Source: an uncultured Verrucomicrobiae bacterium
GTDB lineage: Bacteria > Verrucomicrobiota > Verrucomicrobiia > Chthoniobacterales > JAFAMB01
DNA: 64,000 nucleotides
Assembly (NCBI GenBank): GCA_963762565.1
Contig: CAVXLD010000003.1
Span: 896,001 to 960,000, forward strand
Direction of reading: 5' to 3'
Below, piece after piece: positions 19,654 through 30,515 of the stretch. Position numbers and translations under genes: made by a program. Position 1 is the stretch's first letter, and each line of letters begins with the position of its first letter. The notes under the pieces are model-generated. The model searched no databases, was not told where the DNA came from, and saw only the letters and a program-made list of their open reading frames with translations.

Positions 19654-19941
19654 CTCACGCAAAGACGCAAAGGCGCAAAGTTTAAGAGGAGATGTGAAAG
19701 GTGATCGCTGAAAGATCTACCGAGAACGTTGCATTCCGAACGACGTTCGGCTGAGCTCACGTCGAAGCCTTCGTTATCTTCTATAGAAATATCTCTCTTT
19801 GTGTCCTTCTGTTGAAATGCTGCAACGCGACAAGGCCAATAGCCGGAATGCCATGCTCCCGCTGTGACCTTTCACCTCTCACTTTTCACCTTTCACGTTT
19901 GTCTCCGCTCTTCCCTTTGCGCCTTTGCGTCTTTGCGTGAG
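19654..19941. repeat. Family D element, copy 3, with nested TGAAAGG/TTTCACC heptamer arms
   Basis: Arms at 19654-19680 and 19915-19941. Confidence 0.8.
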
Positions 19942-20035
19942 ATTTAACTTTCTTTGGCCTTCAGCCCTGGGTCAGGCGTACGACCATCCACGCCCTGAAA
20001 GCACCTCCAACCCCGCTTTGGCGGGGTGCAATTCC

Positions 20036-20157
20036 GGGAGGGCGCGCGTCCCCGCGCGCCGCGACGACGTGCTACCACCCAGCGGCGTATTTTCTTCCGG
20101 GATCAAAACACGTCCCCGGTTTCGGTCACGACGGATCGCGAGGACGCGATCCCTCCC
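20036..20157 (+). repeat. Family E element, copy 2
   Basis: Same ends and related interior as 11772-11894. Confidence 0.8.
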
Positions 20158-20540
20158 GGCGATGGGCCCCCCACATTCTAAGAGCGAAGCGCCTCACGAG
20201 TGGCGCCCGACGCACCTTTCCGCACCAAAACCCAGGTTTGAAACCCTGGGATATGATCTATAGCCGCTTGGCGGCAAGTCCGATACCTAGGGTACACCTA
20301 TACAAAAATGACAATCCTGACAGGCTTTTCGCTTCTACTGTTTTCTAGTCTTGGCCTGTTGATAGCAATTCGTGACGATCAGCGACTACGCACAACGCGT
20401 TGGATACCGACTAATTACAACCTATTTAGAACGCTTTACCAATTTGTTATTAAGAGACGTTTCGCTGCGGTCGCCCGTGACGAATTTGTTACAGGGCTCC
20501 GCTTGTAGCGTTGTTACGCCAATGCAAGTAAGCGGCCTCT

Positions 20541-23312
20541 ATGTATCGTCCTTCTTTAACGAAAGGAATCGTTACTGCCCTCCTCCAGGGCGTCGTCGGC
20601 CCAGCGGCTTTCGTAGTCGCTGGACCGGCGTTAGCAACCCCTTCACTCCCGTACCCTACGTACACCGTGGGTCCGCAAGCGGACGGCTCATACGTGATGT
20701 CGGTCAATCAGACCATCACGCCTGCCGGCACGTTGGTGAAGTTGGGTACACCGACACGCGGTAAGGCGCTCGCGCTGAACCCGAACACCTCCACCAATAC
20801 GGCCGCCGTGCTGCAGATGGGCGCCTCCTCCTCTGTCCAGATCTTTGATCTCGTCAGCGGCCAGCTGCTGCAAGCCTTTTCGCCGACCGGCGATAGCAGC
20901 GGCTCATTTACCGGCATTGCCTATTCGGCCGACGGCACCAAGCTGTTGTTCAGCCAAGATAGCAGCAACGTCACCATCGCCAACGTTGATCCGACCACCG
21001 GATTGCTGAGCGGCGGAACGCAAGTCGCCCTGCCGAAGCCGACTTATCCCAATATGTACAGCCCAAACACGGCCTATCCAGCGGGTGTGGCGTTCTCGAC
21101 CGACGGCACCACCGCCTACGTTTTGCTGAATCAGAACAACACACTTGCCGTGATCGACTTGACCAAGGCGCAGCCAAAGTTAGTCAGACAAATCCGGGTT
21201 GGTAACGTTCCTAACAGCATTGTGGTGTCCGGCAATCGCGCTTATGTCAGCAACGAAGGCGGACGTGTCGCCAAGTCCGGTGATTTCACCGATCTTTCAT
21301 CTGGCGTGCCGATCGTTACAGATCCGACAACCGACAGTGCCAGCACCGGCACCGTCTCGGTGGTGAATCTCGAGACGCTAACGGTCGAGAATAACATCAG
21401 GGTCGGCTTGCATCCGGCCGGTCTGGCGTTGGCCAATGGTTTGCTCTATGTCGCCAATGCTTACAGTGATACTGTTTCCGTGGTCGACACCACCACCAAT
21501 AAGGTAGTGCACACTATCAATGTAGGCGTACCGCTGCCCAGCATTTCCGGGTTTACGCCCAACACGTTGGGGACCACCCCCAACGGCATCGCGGTCAACG
21601 GAAACACTCTGTATGTGACCCTGTTCACCGTCAACGCCGTTGCGGTGGTTGACCTGACTGATCCGAAAAACAATGCCGTGCTAGGCTACATTCCGACGGC
21701 GTCGACGCCGAGCACCGTCGCTTTCGACCAGGCCCATAATCAACTCGTGGTTTCCAACCACAAGGGCATCGGCACCGACAGTATCACGGTCACGAACGAG
21801 TATTCCGATACCGGTTACAATTCGCATCCGGATACCGGCACAGTCAATCTCATCCCGATCCCGACCGTTACTCAACTGGCGGACTATACCACGCAGGTTT
21901 GGCAGAATAATCACTGGGACCTGACGCAGAACGTTCAAGTGGGCAAGAAATACGTTAACCCGAATGCGACCCCGGTGGCTATCCCGGAACACATTGGCGA
22001 GCCTTCGCTGATCAAACACGTGTTCTTGATCATTAAAGAGAACCGCACCTACGATCAGGTGTTCGGCGATGTCGCGACCGCTAACGGTAATGCTTCGCTC
22101 GCGGTATTCGCGCCTTATACGCCCAACCAGCACGCGTTCCTGCAGCGTTTCGCGACGCTCGACAACGTCTACGCTCCTTCCCGGCAGTCAGCGGATGGAC
22201 ATCCCTGGATTGTAAGCGCGCTTGCGGCCTACGCCGACGAAAGCCAGTCCCCAGACTGGATTCGCAGTTATCCGGGCGGCAATGGGTATGACTCCATGGT
22301 TTACACCCCGCGCGGTTTCCTCTGGGACGCAGCGACGGCACAAGGTTTAACCGTCAAACTGTACGGCGAGTGGAGCGGCAGTCAGAGCATCAACGGCAAT
22401 TACAGCTGGTCCGATTGGTACGCCTATTCGCAGTACTTGGAAGGCAAGATCCCGACCAACCCGACCACCATCACACCGACCACTGACACCGAGAGCAGCA
22501 CGGTCCCGTCAGTAATCGCCGCTTTGGATCCGCACTACCCGAGCTTCAACACCGGCATTCCGGATCAATACCGGGTGGATTACTGGTTGCCGATCTTCAA
22601 CAATCAGGAAAGTACCGGCACGCTGCCTGCCCTCACTATTATCTGGTTGCCGGATGACCATACCTCTGGCTACTCGACGGGCTATCCGATCCCGACTGCC
22701 GCGCAGGCCGACAACGACCTGGGGCTGGGACGCATCGTTCAAGCCATCACCAACAGTAAAGACTGGGCTACTTCGGCAATCTTCGTTGAAGAAGATGACG
22801 CCCAGGATGGAGTTGACCACGTGGATGGCCACCGTCAACCGGTCCAGATCATCAGCCCGTACGCCATTCAGAGCAACGGCGTTGGTGATCATACTACCTA
22901 CACGTCGGCCAGCATTGACCGTACGATCGAACAAATCCTCGGCTTGACGCCGATGACGGAGTTCGATCTGGTCGCCTCGCCGATGCGCACCGCGTTTACC
23001 AACACGCCGGCTAACATTGCGCCGTTCACCGCATTGCCACCGACGATTTCGCTGAACACATTCCCGAGCCCGAGCGCAAAGAACGCGGCCAACACAAGCG
23101 CGGTCAGCAACCTCAAGGTCGCCTGGAACCGTGCTTCAAACGAAATGTTCAAAGGCAAATTCAACAAGTCCGATTCGGTCGACGAAACCTTCTTGAACCA
23201 TGCGATCTGGTATTCCGCCACGGACTTCACCCGCCCCTACCCGGGTGAGACCAAAGTGTTGATGCCTAGCGATCTGAAACTTGCTAACCGCAGCGTAGAG
23301 ATCGAGGACTAA
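20541..23312 (+). CDS. Secreted YVTN beta-propeller + phosphoesterase (alkaline-phosphatase/phospholipase C superfamily)
   Basis: Signal peptide, YVTN blades, IKHVFLIIKENRTYDQVFGD, SADGHPW, PDDHT and EEDDAQDGVDHVDGHR. Confidence 0.92.
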   Translation: MYRPSLTKGIVTALLQGVVGPAAFVVAGPALATPSLPYPTYTVGPQADGSYVMSVNQTITPAGTLVKLGTPTRGKALALNPNTSTNTAAVLQMGASSSVQIFDLVSGQLLQAFSPTGDSSGSFTGIAYSADGTKLLFSQDSSNVTIANVDPTTGLLSGGTQVALPKPTYPNMYSPNTAYPAGVAFSTDGTTAYVLLNQNNTLAVIDLTKAQPKLVRQIRVGNVPNSIVVSGNRAYVSNEGGRVAKSGDFTDLSSGVPIVTDPTTDSASTGTVSVVNLETLTVENNIRVGLHPAGLALANGLLYVANAYSDTVSVVDTTTNKVVHTINVGVPLPSISGFTPNTLGTTPNGIAVNGNTLYVTLFTVNAVAVVDLTDPKNNAVLGYIPTASTPSTVAFDQAHNQLVVSNHKGIGTDSITVTNEYSDTGYNSHPDTGTVNLIPIPTVTQLADYTTQVWQNNHWDLTQNVQVGKKYVNPNATPVAIPEHIGEPSLIKHVFLIIKENRTYDQVFGDVATANGNASLAVFAPYTPNQHAFLQRFATLDNVYAPSRQSADGHPWIVSALAAYADESQSPDWIRSYPGGNGYDSMVYTPRGFLWDAATAQGLTVKLYGEWSGSQSINGNYSWSDWYAYSQYLEGKIPTNPTTITPTTDTESSTVPSVIAALDPHYPSFNTGIPDQYRVDYWLPIFNNQESTGTLPALTIIWLPDDHTSGYSTGYPIPTAAQADNDLGLGRIVQAITNSKDWATSAIFVEEDDAQDGVDHVDGHRQPVQIISPYAIQSNGVGDHTTYTSASIDRTIEQILGLTPMTEFDLVASPMRTAFTNTPANIAPFTALPPTISLNTFPSPSAKNAANTSAVSNLKVAWNRASNEMFKGKFNKSDSVDETFLNHAIWYSATDFTRPYPGETKVLMPSDLKLANRSVEIED

Positions 23313-23330
23313 AATCGATCGATTAGATTA

Positions 23331-23379
23331 TCCTCCCCCGGTTAGGGCATCAGCGGGCAACCGGGGGAGGAGTCTTTTT
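23331..23379 (+). terminator. Probable intrinsic terminator
   Basis: 13-bp stem tcctcccccggtt/aaccgggggagga followed by gtcttttt. Confidence 0.65.
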
Positions 23380-23493
23380 AGGCTGGTACGTCGTACACCT
23401 TTTTCAGTTTTTCTTGAGTCCAAGTATTCGGAATCTGGGCCTGTACACCAGTCGTTAGTCCGGCCAAGACTAAAAGACAGAGAAAGGAAGTTC

Positions 23494-24588
23494 TCATCGG
23501 TGTGACTGAGGTGAAGGTGAAGGTAACACGACAGTTTCTATCCCGCCTTTCGCATCGGCGACAACATCGGTTACCTTACTATCTGGAGCCGTGACGTCGA
23601 CAACCCACGTGACAACTGGCCCGCCTTGTCCGCCAGCATTCAATTTTGTCAAGATCAACCCGGTAACCTGGGAATTCGGTATGGCGACTTTGGCTAGCGC
23701 GTCCGACTCCAGCTTTGCGATGATGGTCCAATCGACATCGGCAATGTTGAAGGAGGGCTTCTCCGGAGTTTGCGTCGTTAGGGTTCGGCCGAGACGCTGG
23801 TCCGCGGCGTAGCGAATGCGTTGCACCAACCCATCCAGGCCCCATTCGAAACCAAAAGTTGCTTCGGCGCCTAACTGTTTTTTAAGCTCCGCCGTCGAGA
23901 TATTGGTTTCAAAGCCGACACTGCGCGCTTCGACCCAGACCTGGGTCAGGACGGGACCGGTGCCAACCATGTCACGGAAGGCGGCTGCGGCCTCTGCAAT
24001 CAGGTCAGGTTCTTTGAACAGGTTAAAAGTCTTGGCATGCTCAGTTTCACTGAACTCGCCGCCCAGAATCACGCATTGAGCGTTCGCGTTTACATCGGCA
24101 CGTTCCCGAGCGCCCTCGATATGCAACGACACAAAGATGTCGCCCGCTACTGCCTTCGATAACACCGGTATCGCGCGTACGATCGCGATCAGCGTGACCG
24201 CCCCATCCGCGATCGCGGCACGTTTGATCGCCGATTTCTCCAATTTCGACATCTCTGAAAATGCGACCGCGTCGAGATCGAAGAGCTTCGCCCCTAAATC
24301 AGGATCGCGCTGATAATCAGCGTGCTCAGGTCCGAACACCCAAGGGAGAATCCCTGCGATACGAACGAAACGCCATCGATTCAAATGCCCAAGATTGTCT
24401 GGATCCTGTACTTCGACGTTGACTTCGCCAGGTTGGATCCACATCTCGCGCACACGTGCCTGTTTACCCATCGCAGAACGCAGCTGTGAGACGGCCAAAT
24501 TCAAATCGCTCTGATCATCTACATAGCTCGCCTCCGCGCGGCCGGACGCCACCATGATCAAAGCGATTACAGTCCGGAGAGCCTTCAT
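23494..24588 (-). CDS. Secreted hypothetical protein with two-fold internal repeat
   Basis: Signal peptide; the halves share F.L..V.(F/W)....KLE..A...A.I....VT.I. Confidence 0.75.
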   Translation of the reverse strand: MKALRTVIALIMVASGRAEASYVDDQSDLNLAVSQLRSAMGKQARVREMWIQPGEVNVEVQDPDNLGHLNRWRFVRIAGILPWVFGPEHADYQRDPDLGAKLFDLDAVAFSEMSKLEKSAIKRAAIADGAVTLIAIVRAIPVLSKAVAGDIFVSLHIEGARERADVNANAQCVILGGEFSETEHAKTFNLFKEPDLIAEAAAAFRDMVGTGPVLTQVWVEARSVGFETNISTAELKKQLGAEATFGFEWGLDGLVQRIRYAADQRLGRTLTTQTPEKPSFNIADVDWTIIAKLESDALAKVAIPNSQVTGLILTKLNAGGQGGPVVTWVVDVTAPDSKVTDVVADAKGGIETVVLPSPSPQSHR

Positions 24589-24936
24589 ATGTAAATGATT
24601 GCGGTCGAAAAACTTATCAGAGAAAGCCGGGAATGGGCCAGCAAAGAATTAACAGAAGAAAACGAAGAACAGAAAATCCCACACAAGGGCACAAAGACAC
24701 TAAGAAACGGAAACTTTAACAAGAGGGCCGCAAAGGTAGCAAAGACCGAGTTTTAGCAGACTCTGATGTGAGGTTAGCCATTCAAAAGCTAGTCCACCCG
24801 TCGCGCCTATTGTGGAAGCCTAACGTGCGAATCCCAAATCACCAATCGTTCATTTCTTTGCGGCCTTTGTGGCCTTCCTGTTAAATTTTCTGTCTCTTAG
24901 TGTCTTTGTGCTTTTGTGTGAGATACGGCAGTTAAA

Positions 24937-25278
24937 ATGAAAACCATCCCAATTTTCCTCGCTTTTATGTCTTTGTTCGTTGCAGGCGCCAAGGCTGGCG
25001 CCCAGGAACGTCTGGCAGCGTGCCGTCAGCAAATTGATTCGATTGATCAGCGCTTAGTGGACCTAATCCAGGAACGCGCTCGCGTAGTCCAGGAGGTTGG
25101 CGCCATTAAACAAGAAGCACACCTTCAGGTAACCGATACCAGCCGGGAACAAGCCGTGATCCAGAACGCGGAAGCCCTAGCAAAAGATGGCCCGCTACCA
25201 GCCGAAGCCGTTGGCCGTATCTATCAAAAACTCGTTGAAGAGATGCGCAATTGGGAAGCGGGCCTGACTAAGAAGTAA
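24937..25278 (+). CDS. Chorismate mutase (AroQ/CM_2) with signal peptide
   Basis: LAACRQQIDSIDQRLVDLIQERARVVQEVGAIK...D.SREQAV, preceded by MKTIPIFLAFMSLFVAGAKAGA. Confidence 0.88.
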   Translation: MKTIPIFLAFMSLFVAGAKAGAQERLAACRQQIDSIDQRLVDLIQERARVVQEVGAIKQEAHLQVTDTSREQAVIQNAEALAKDGPLPAEAVGRIYQKLVEEMRNWEAGLTKK

Positions 25279-25287
25279 TGGAGTAGT

Positions 25288-25497
25288 TGGTAGGGCGAGG
25301 CTCCGGAAAGAGCCACGACGGTCGCAGGGTCGAGTGACGCCTCGTCGGTATATTAGGTTCAACTTCTACGCGCGGCCGAGCCGTGGGTTACGCGGGCCCC
25401 CGGCTCGGCAGCGTTCAGGTGTTGCATCCCATATTTTGGCGAAACGCTATCTCGCTCTGCGACTTCTTTCCGACCATTCTGGAGCCTCGCCCTACCA
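25288..25497. repeat. GTAG-type REP inverted pair
   Basis: tggtagggcgaggctcc ... ggagcctcgccctacca. Confidence 0.75.
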
Positions 25498-25526
25498 CTC
25501 CTTGAACTCCTTGATTATATTTCCAC

Positions 25527-26000
25527 ATGAGCACTACCTCCGTTTCACCTCGCATGGAGCAACCGAAAGTGAACCAGCTGCTGGGCCCGGCATTGAAGAG
25601 CCTCTACGATATCGAAGGGCATCTGCGAAAATCGACGCTCGAGCCTGAGCTGCGGGAATTGATAAAATTGCGAGTCTCCCAGATCAATGGATGTGCTTAC
25701 TGCATCATTTATCATCGCCGCGACGCGCTGAAGCTGGGGGTCGCTGAACGAAGAATCCATCTGCTTAATGCCTGGAGGGAAGCATCCGATTCCGAATATT
25801 CGGAGCGAGAACGCGCCGCCTTAGCCTGGGCGGAAGCGGTGACGTTAATCTCTCTGCATCATTTGCCCGATGAAGTCTACGCTGAAGCCGCCCGCGTTTT
25901 CTCCGAACAGGAACTGGTTGATCTTAACCTGGCCGTGATGAGTATCAATGCGTGGAACCGTCTTTCCATCGCGTTCCGATACGAGCCCGACCGCGACTAG
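25527..26000 (+). CDS. Carboxymuconolactone decarboxylase/AhpD family protein
   Basis: LRVSQINGCAYCIIYH (CxxC), ERERAALAWAEAVT, INAWNRL. Confidence 0.93.
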   Translation: MSTTSVSPRMEQPKVNQLLGPALKSLYDIEGHLRKSTLEPELRELIKLRVSQINGCAYCIIYHRRDALKLGVAERRIHLLNAWREASDSEYSERERAALAWAEAVTLISLHHLPDEVYAEAARVFSEQELVDLNLAVMSINAWNRLSIAFRYEPDRD

Positions 26001-26389
26001 GATCCACCACAGAGACACAGAGGGATATTCACCACAAAGGCACAAAGGACACAAAGACAGAAAATTTGACAGGAAGGCCGCAAAGGCCACCAAGACGGAT
26101 CCTTATTCAGAAGCAAAGGGAGACAACCAAGGGGAAAAGTGTCAGCGGAGCGTCAAGATTGCTTTTCTTAAACCTTAGTTGCCTTCTCCTCAAAGAAATC
26201 TGGCTTTGCGGCCTTTGTGCCCTTCCTGTGACATTTTCTGTCTTCGCGTGCTTTGTGTCTTTGTGGTGAAATTTGCCTTTTGCGCCGAGGGACAAACTCG
26301 GCGAAATTCGGGAGTATCCCCCAGTCCGTTTCCCCTGCTTTGCTCGACCTAAATGGGCTGAAGGAAAGTAACGTTCACCTGGAGGTAAT

Positions 26390-27223
26390 ATGAGCCAGAA
26401 TCTCACCCTGCTCCGGCAGAATTACTGCCGGTCCGTCGTGGTGGATGGTCCACCCGATTTCTTTCCGCTGGAAAGAGAATCCGAACAAGGAAAAGCAGTC
26501 TTGGCGAAAAAGCCGACTAAAGTTCAGCAATGGCAAAGGTTTAATCCACACGGGCTTTTGCAAATTTATCGAGACCAGCAAAGCGGCGCTGAACTTCCTG
26601 TGTTTGCGGTATTCAACCTGGGAGGCACTAACCGTCTGACCGCCGAAGTCACCATGACTTCCGTCTCTGCAGACAGTGAGCCTGGGGACCTAACCAGTTT
26701 TCTTCCATTCGGCAGAAGCCAGGAATTTGTGAAGAGAATCAATGCGGCCAGAATGCGGGCTGAACGGATTGCGTTTAAGGTATCCGCGCTGATTGGAATC
26801 GCCGGCTTGCTAGCCTTTTTTTTGTCGCATAATCCAGGCGTTAAACCAGCCGCGCTACCGTTCCTAGTGATAGGAGTATGGAGCCTGGGCACATTTCTCT
26901 CTTATCTAATCGCCGAGTTTCTGCTTAACCGATTTTATCCTTGGAAGAAATTGATCTTAACTGCCGAGTTCGATGGCATTCTACCGAGCTCGACCCGCGA
27001 GATTGCGCTGGCCGCAAAACACCGGTTCAATAACCTCTACCTGATTGTAGATCAGCAGAAGCGTTGGCAGAGCACACTTCTACGGGATCCCGTACCACGC
27101 GCCCTCGATCCTCTGCTAATTGGAGAACTTAAGCATGGCAGCCGACGCCGCTTTTTCTTGTTAGATCAATTTGATCTGACCGCAGCCGAACAGTATCTGG
27201 CGGACGAATTTGCGACCAAATAG
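26390..27223 (+). CDS. Hypothetical membrane protein (two TM segments)
   Basis: GGAGG RBS at ~26381; 277-aa ORF with two hydrophobic helices. Confidence 0.75.
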   Translation: MSQNLTLLRQNYCRSVVVDGPPDFFPLERESEQGKAVLAKKPTKVQQWQRFNPHGLLQIYRDQQSGAELPVFAVFNLGGTNRLTAEVTMTSVSADSEPGDLTSFLPFGRSQEFVKRINAARMRAERIAFKVSALIGIAGLLAFFLSHNPGVKPAALPFLVIGVWSLGTFLSYLIAEFLLNRFYPWKKLILTAEFDGILPSSTREIALAAKHRFNNLYLIVDQQKRWQSTLLRDPVPRALDPLLIGELKHGSRRRFFLLDQFDLTAAEQYLADEFATK

Positions 27224-27298
27224 CCGCGAAAACTTGTCGCGCCGTAGCTTGCGAAGGCGGACGGCACAAAAAGCGCAAAAAAAGGAAGTCGGAATAGC

Positions 27299-27749
27299 CT
27301 AGCAGACTGTTGAAAAACGCATGTCTTCTGGCCTGGAGGGGAGCCGCTTTGGCACGTAACAGAAGATCCCGCGATGTTTGCCTGGACGCGTGCATGACCG
27401 GAAATCTCCTTAAACAGGCGGCTCCCGGGAACGTTTCAACGCGTGTTAGGTTTGTTGGCACGACGCCCGGATGAACAATCTCCGAACGGAACTATGGACG
27501 AAACATTGCGTGCGGTAATTCCCGGGAGCCGCCTGTTTAACACCCTATTTGGCTTTCCTCGCAATGGATAGAATATCACGAGATCTTTAGGCTCGTTCCA
27601 AAGCGGCTCCCCTCCAGGCCAGGCTGCTATTACCTTGTCCCTCCGGGACAGCCAACCGGCGTCTTTTAACAGTTTGCTAGGCTATCATGAGCCGCCGCTT
27701 CGCGGCTAATCTGCGGCTCATTGAAATCGGTTTTTCAACAGTCTGCTAG
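27299..27749. mobile_element. MITE-like element with 16-bp TIR CAGACTGTTGAAAAAC flanked by CTAG, carrying a nested family F copy
   Basis: ctag-cagactgttgaaaaac ... gtttttcaacagtctg-ctag; no transposase ORF. Confidence 0.75.
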
Positions 27750-28041
27750 TGTCCTGTCCCATAAGTAACGTGGCTTTCGTTGCGATCAAAATGGGCCGTC
27801 GGCAAGGCGGTCCGAGCCGGACTGGCGGTAGAGGGCGCATATCTAGATCGATACGTAACCGACGAGCAACGCAGCCGCCGGCCCATTTTCATCGCAACCC
27901 TCCGGGCCGTGGCCAGTTGGCTGTTTTTCTGCGTTGCTCGCTCGACCCGTATGAACCAGATATGGGCGCTTCGCTCGCGCCTTGAAAAACAGCCAACTGA
28001 CCGACGGCGAAAGCCACGTTATTTATGGGACAGGACACTAG
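27746..28041. mobile_element. MITE-like element with ~30-bp TIR flanked by CTAG
   Basis: ctag-tgtcctgtcccataagtaacgtggctttcg ... cgaaagccacgttatttatgggacaggaca-ctag; internal hairpin at ~27911-28001. Confidence 0.8.
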
Positions 28042-28178
28042 TTGTCGACGACCCTCTGTTTCCTCTGTTACCTCCTGTTTAAAAATCTGTCTTTGTGTCC
28101 TTCGCGACCTTCCTGTTAAATTTTCCATTTTCTTAGTGTCTTTGTGCCTTTGTGTGAGAATCGCTTTCCTTGTTACCC

Positions 28179-29318
28179 CTACCCTTTATCTACCGTGGTG
28201 GTGAGTGCTTGGGTTTGGCCAGTTGAACTGGCGCGGTATGCGGCTTCGATAATGTCGATCACATGTGTCGCGTGTTCAGGGGTGACTAAAGACGGTTTTC
28301 CTTCTGTGACCCAGTCGATTAGCTGCATCACATCTTCGAACACATGCTGCTCGGGAAGGTCACGATGGAATTCGTTGATGTGCGGCAGCAGCCATTGATT
28401 TCCAAGGCTCTGGTCTCCAGACGCGCCGGCAGCTTGGCGAGCGATGTCGGCGCCGGGGTACTGCAGCGGTTCCCCATTGAGTGTCAGTCCAACGATCGAT
28501 CCGCGGGTCCCGAAATAATTTCCGCTAAACCCCTGAGTCACCCTTCCACTGGCGGTACCGTATACAAAAGCAAAAAGGTTCTCCCCAAAGTCTAAGAGCA
28601 TCACCGTGTTATCGTCCGCGTCGCAGGCAACCATCTTGCCGCGGAACTCGCGCTCCTTGATCCGGGTACCGGATAGGGCCGTGACCCGTAACACCGAACC
28701 TAGGATTCCGGTTAAAGCGGTCAGCGAATACACCGTCATATCGTAGAGCGGACCGCCTCCGGGTTTACGAAAATACCAAGACGGATCGATATTCGAGAGA
28801 ACATCGGTACCCTGCCTTTCATGTTCGTCCTCGTGATAAGTCCCAAAGGCTGCGCCACACACTGCCCAGCAAAGCGAGCCGATATCCCCGCGGCCGATCA
28901 TTTCTTTGATCTGCTGATTATGGGGTCGAAGCATCTCTCCCGGTGAAGGCAAAAGGCGGAGATTCCGCTCCCGAGCCAGTCGCGTAAGTTCTTTGGCCTC
29001 AGCTGCGGTAATGGCCATGGTCTTGTTGCAATGAACGTGTTTGGAAGCCGATAGCGCCTGACGAACCTGGTCGAAATGGAAATGGATTGGCGAAGCAATC
29101 GTGACCGCGTCCACCTCGTCACAGGCCAGTAGCTCCTGGTAATCACTGAACCAACGAGCAATCCCAAATTTCTCGGCTGCTGCTCGGGCCCGGTCAGCAA
29201 CCGGATCACAAATCGCCGCTAACGACACCCGCTCAGCCACATCCGGTTGTACCAAGTGGCGCAGCACCCGCAGTGCAATGGTCCCGCCCCCAACGATTCC
29301 TAATCCAATTTTACTCAT
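28179..29318 (-). CDS. Gfo/Idh/MocA family oxidoreductase
   Basis: IGLGIVGGGTIA, KHVHCNKTMA (variant of CEKP), GGGPLYDMTVY. Confidence 0.93.
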   Translation of the reverse strand: MSKIGLGIVGGGTIALRVLRHLVQPDVAERVSLAAICDPVADRARAAAEKFGIARWFSDYQELLACDEVDAVTIASPIHFHFDQVRQALSASKHVHCNKTMAITAAEAKELTRLARERNLRLLPSPGEMLRPHNQQIKEMIGRGDIGSLCWAVCGAAFGTYHEDEHERQGTDVLSNIDPSWYFRKPGGGPLYDMTVYSLTALTGILGSVLRVTALSGTRIKEREFRGKMVACDADDNTVMLLDFGENLFAFVYGTASGRVTQGFSGNYFGTRGSIVGLTLNGEPLQYPGADIARQAAGASGDQSLGNQWLLPHINEFHRDLPEQHVFEDVMQLIDWVTEGKPSLVTPEHATHVIDIIEAAYRASSTGQTQALTTTVDKG

Positions 29319-29917
29319 GTTGTCGGATTACTTAGACGGATTTTTGAGCACAAACGAACGAAGGAAACGAAGAGCGGATCTGGTTTAGTTCTTCGAAAGA
29401 AGCAGAATCATCTTACAGTTCCCGCGATAGCAATGAAAACCTTTGGCACGCCCAACCAGTTAACCGGCTAGGGAACGTCGGCAACAACACCCCTGAACTC
29501 GATCAGCTCGCAGTTCTGGCGCAACCACCCCCGGATTGTTCCAGGAATGATAGGCCAGCAATCAGACTGACCACTTTCTTTATTCAGCCAGTCTTTTTTC
29601 GCGCCGTCATCCGAATGCCACTCTTCCGGTGAGAACTCCGATGGCTGAACCGTCCCGGTGAATCCATCTAAAGGCAAAAAACATAGGACTGCGCTTGTTT
29701 CAAAGCCTGCTCTTGAACAGGATTCGGGCCCAAACTAACGCCTTAGCTCAGGAGTTAGATGCCGCCCCTTGATGTCAATGAACGCCCCCCAAACCTCCTA
29801 TAACCCCGGGAAAAAGCATACAAACGTGGAATCAGCTTGTATTCTTATAGCTTTGAGAGCTATGACATTTCTAGAGAGTCCGGAAACTCGCGTCGTTTTG
29901 GCGGTTAAATCTCGACG

Positions 29918-30100
29918 ATGGCCCAGATAATCACACCCCAAGAGTTTGAAAGACGGCTCGCCACTGGCGAGAGCTTCTTCGATAGCGTTAGCGCCAAATA
30001 TATTCTCAGGATGCCGGGGAGCAGAGTACATCACCCAGGGAAGATGAGAAGCCGCCTCAAGACGAGAGCGATTCGGCGCCGGTCGAAGAAGCAGCTCTAG
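29918..30100 (+). CDS. Small basic hypothetical protein
   Basis: 60-aa ATG ORF with plausible composition; no recognised motif. Confidence 0.3.
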   Translation: MAQIITPQEFERRLATGESFFDSVSAKYILRMPGSRVHHPGKMRSRLKTRAIRRRSKKQL

Positions 30101-30515
30101 AATGCTTTTAGCATTGCTAAGCATTTGCCTTCAAATTCGGGGCCTGACTGCTAACGCCTTTGATCTCAACGGCGAGCACTCACAATCATTGCGGCTTCAT
30201 CGGGCATCGCGTCCGCCGGAGTAGACCGTACGGTCGGGCCCGCTGCGGATATGTATCCTGCGGCGGCGATCACCAAGTTATATTCCAATGGTTTGAATCA
30301 ATCCGATCCGAATCTTCATAGTTTCTAAGGGAGCGCAGCAGCAACTAGAGCACCAAGAACTTTGATTTCGCCGTCACTGCAGATCGGCCTTGAAAGAGGC
30401 TTCGGTTGGCCGTTAAGGGATGCCGCTAGCGGCGCGTAGTCTCAGCGCGAAGATCGACTCGGTGATCTCGGAGTGTAGTGGTTTTGCCCGACCACAACCA
30501 GGCAAAAGTTAAACA

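Noticed and set aside
20295..20330. Pho box upstream of the phosphoesterase
   Set aside because: The TGACA words are 9 nt apart, not the 11-nt PhoB period.
29468..29677. 69-aa minus-strand ORF in the islet
   Set aside because: No recognisable motif; cannot be supported as a gene from sequence alone.
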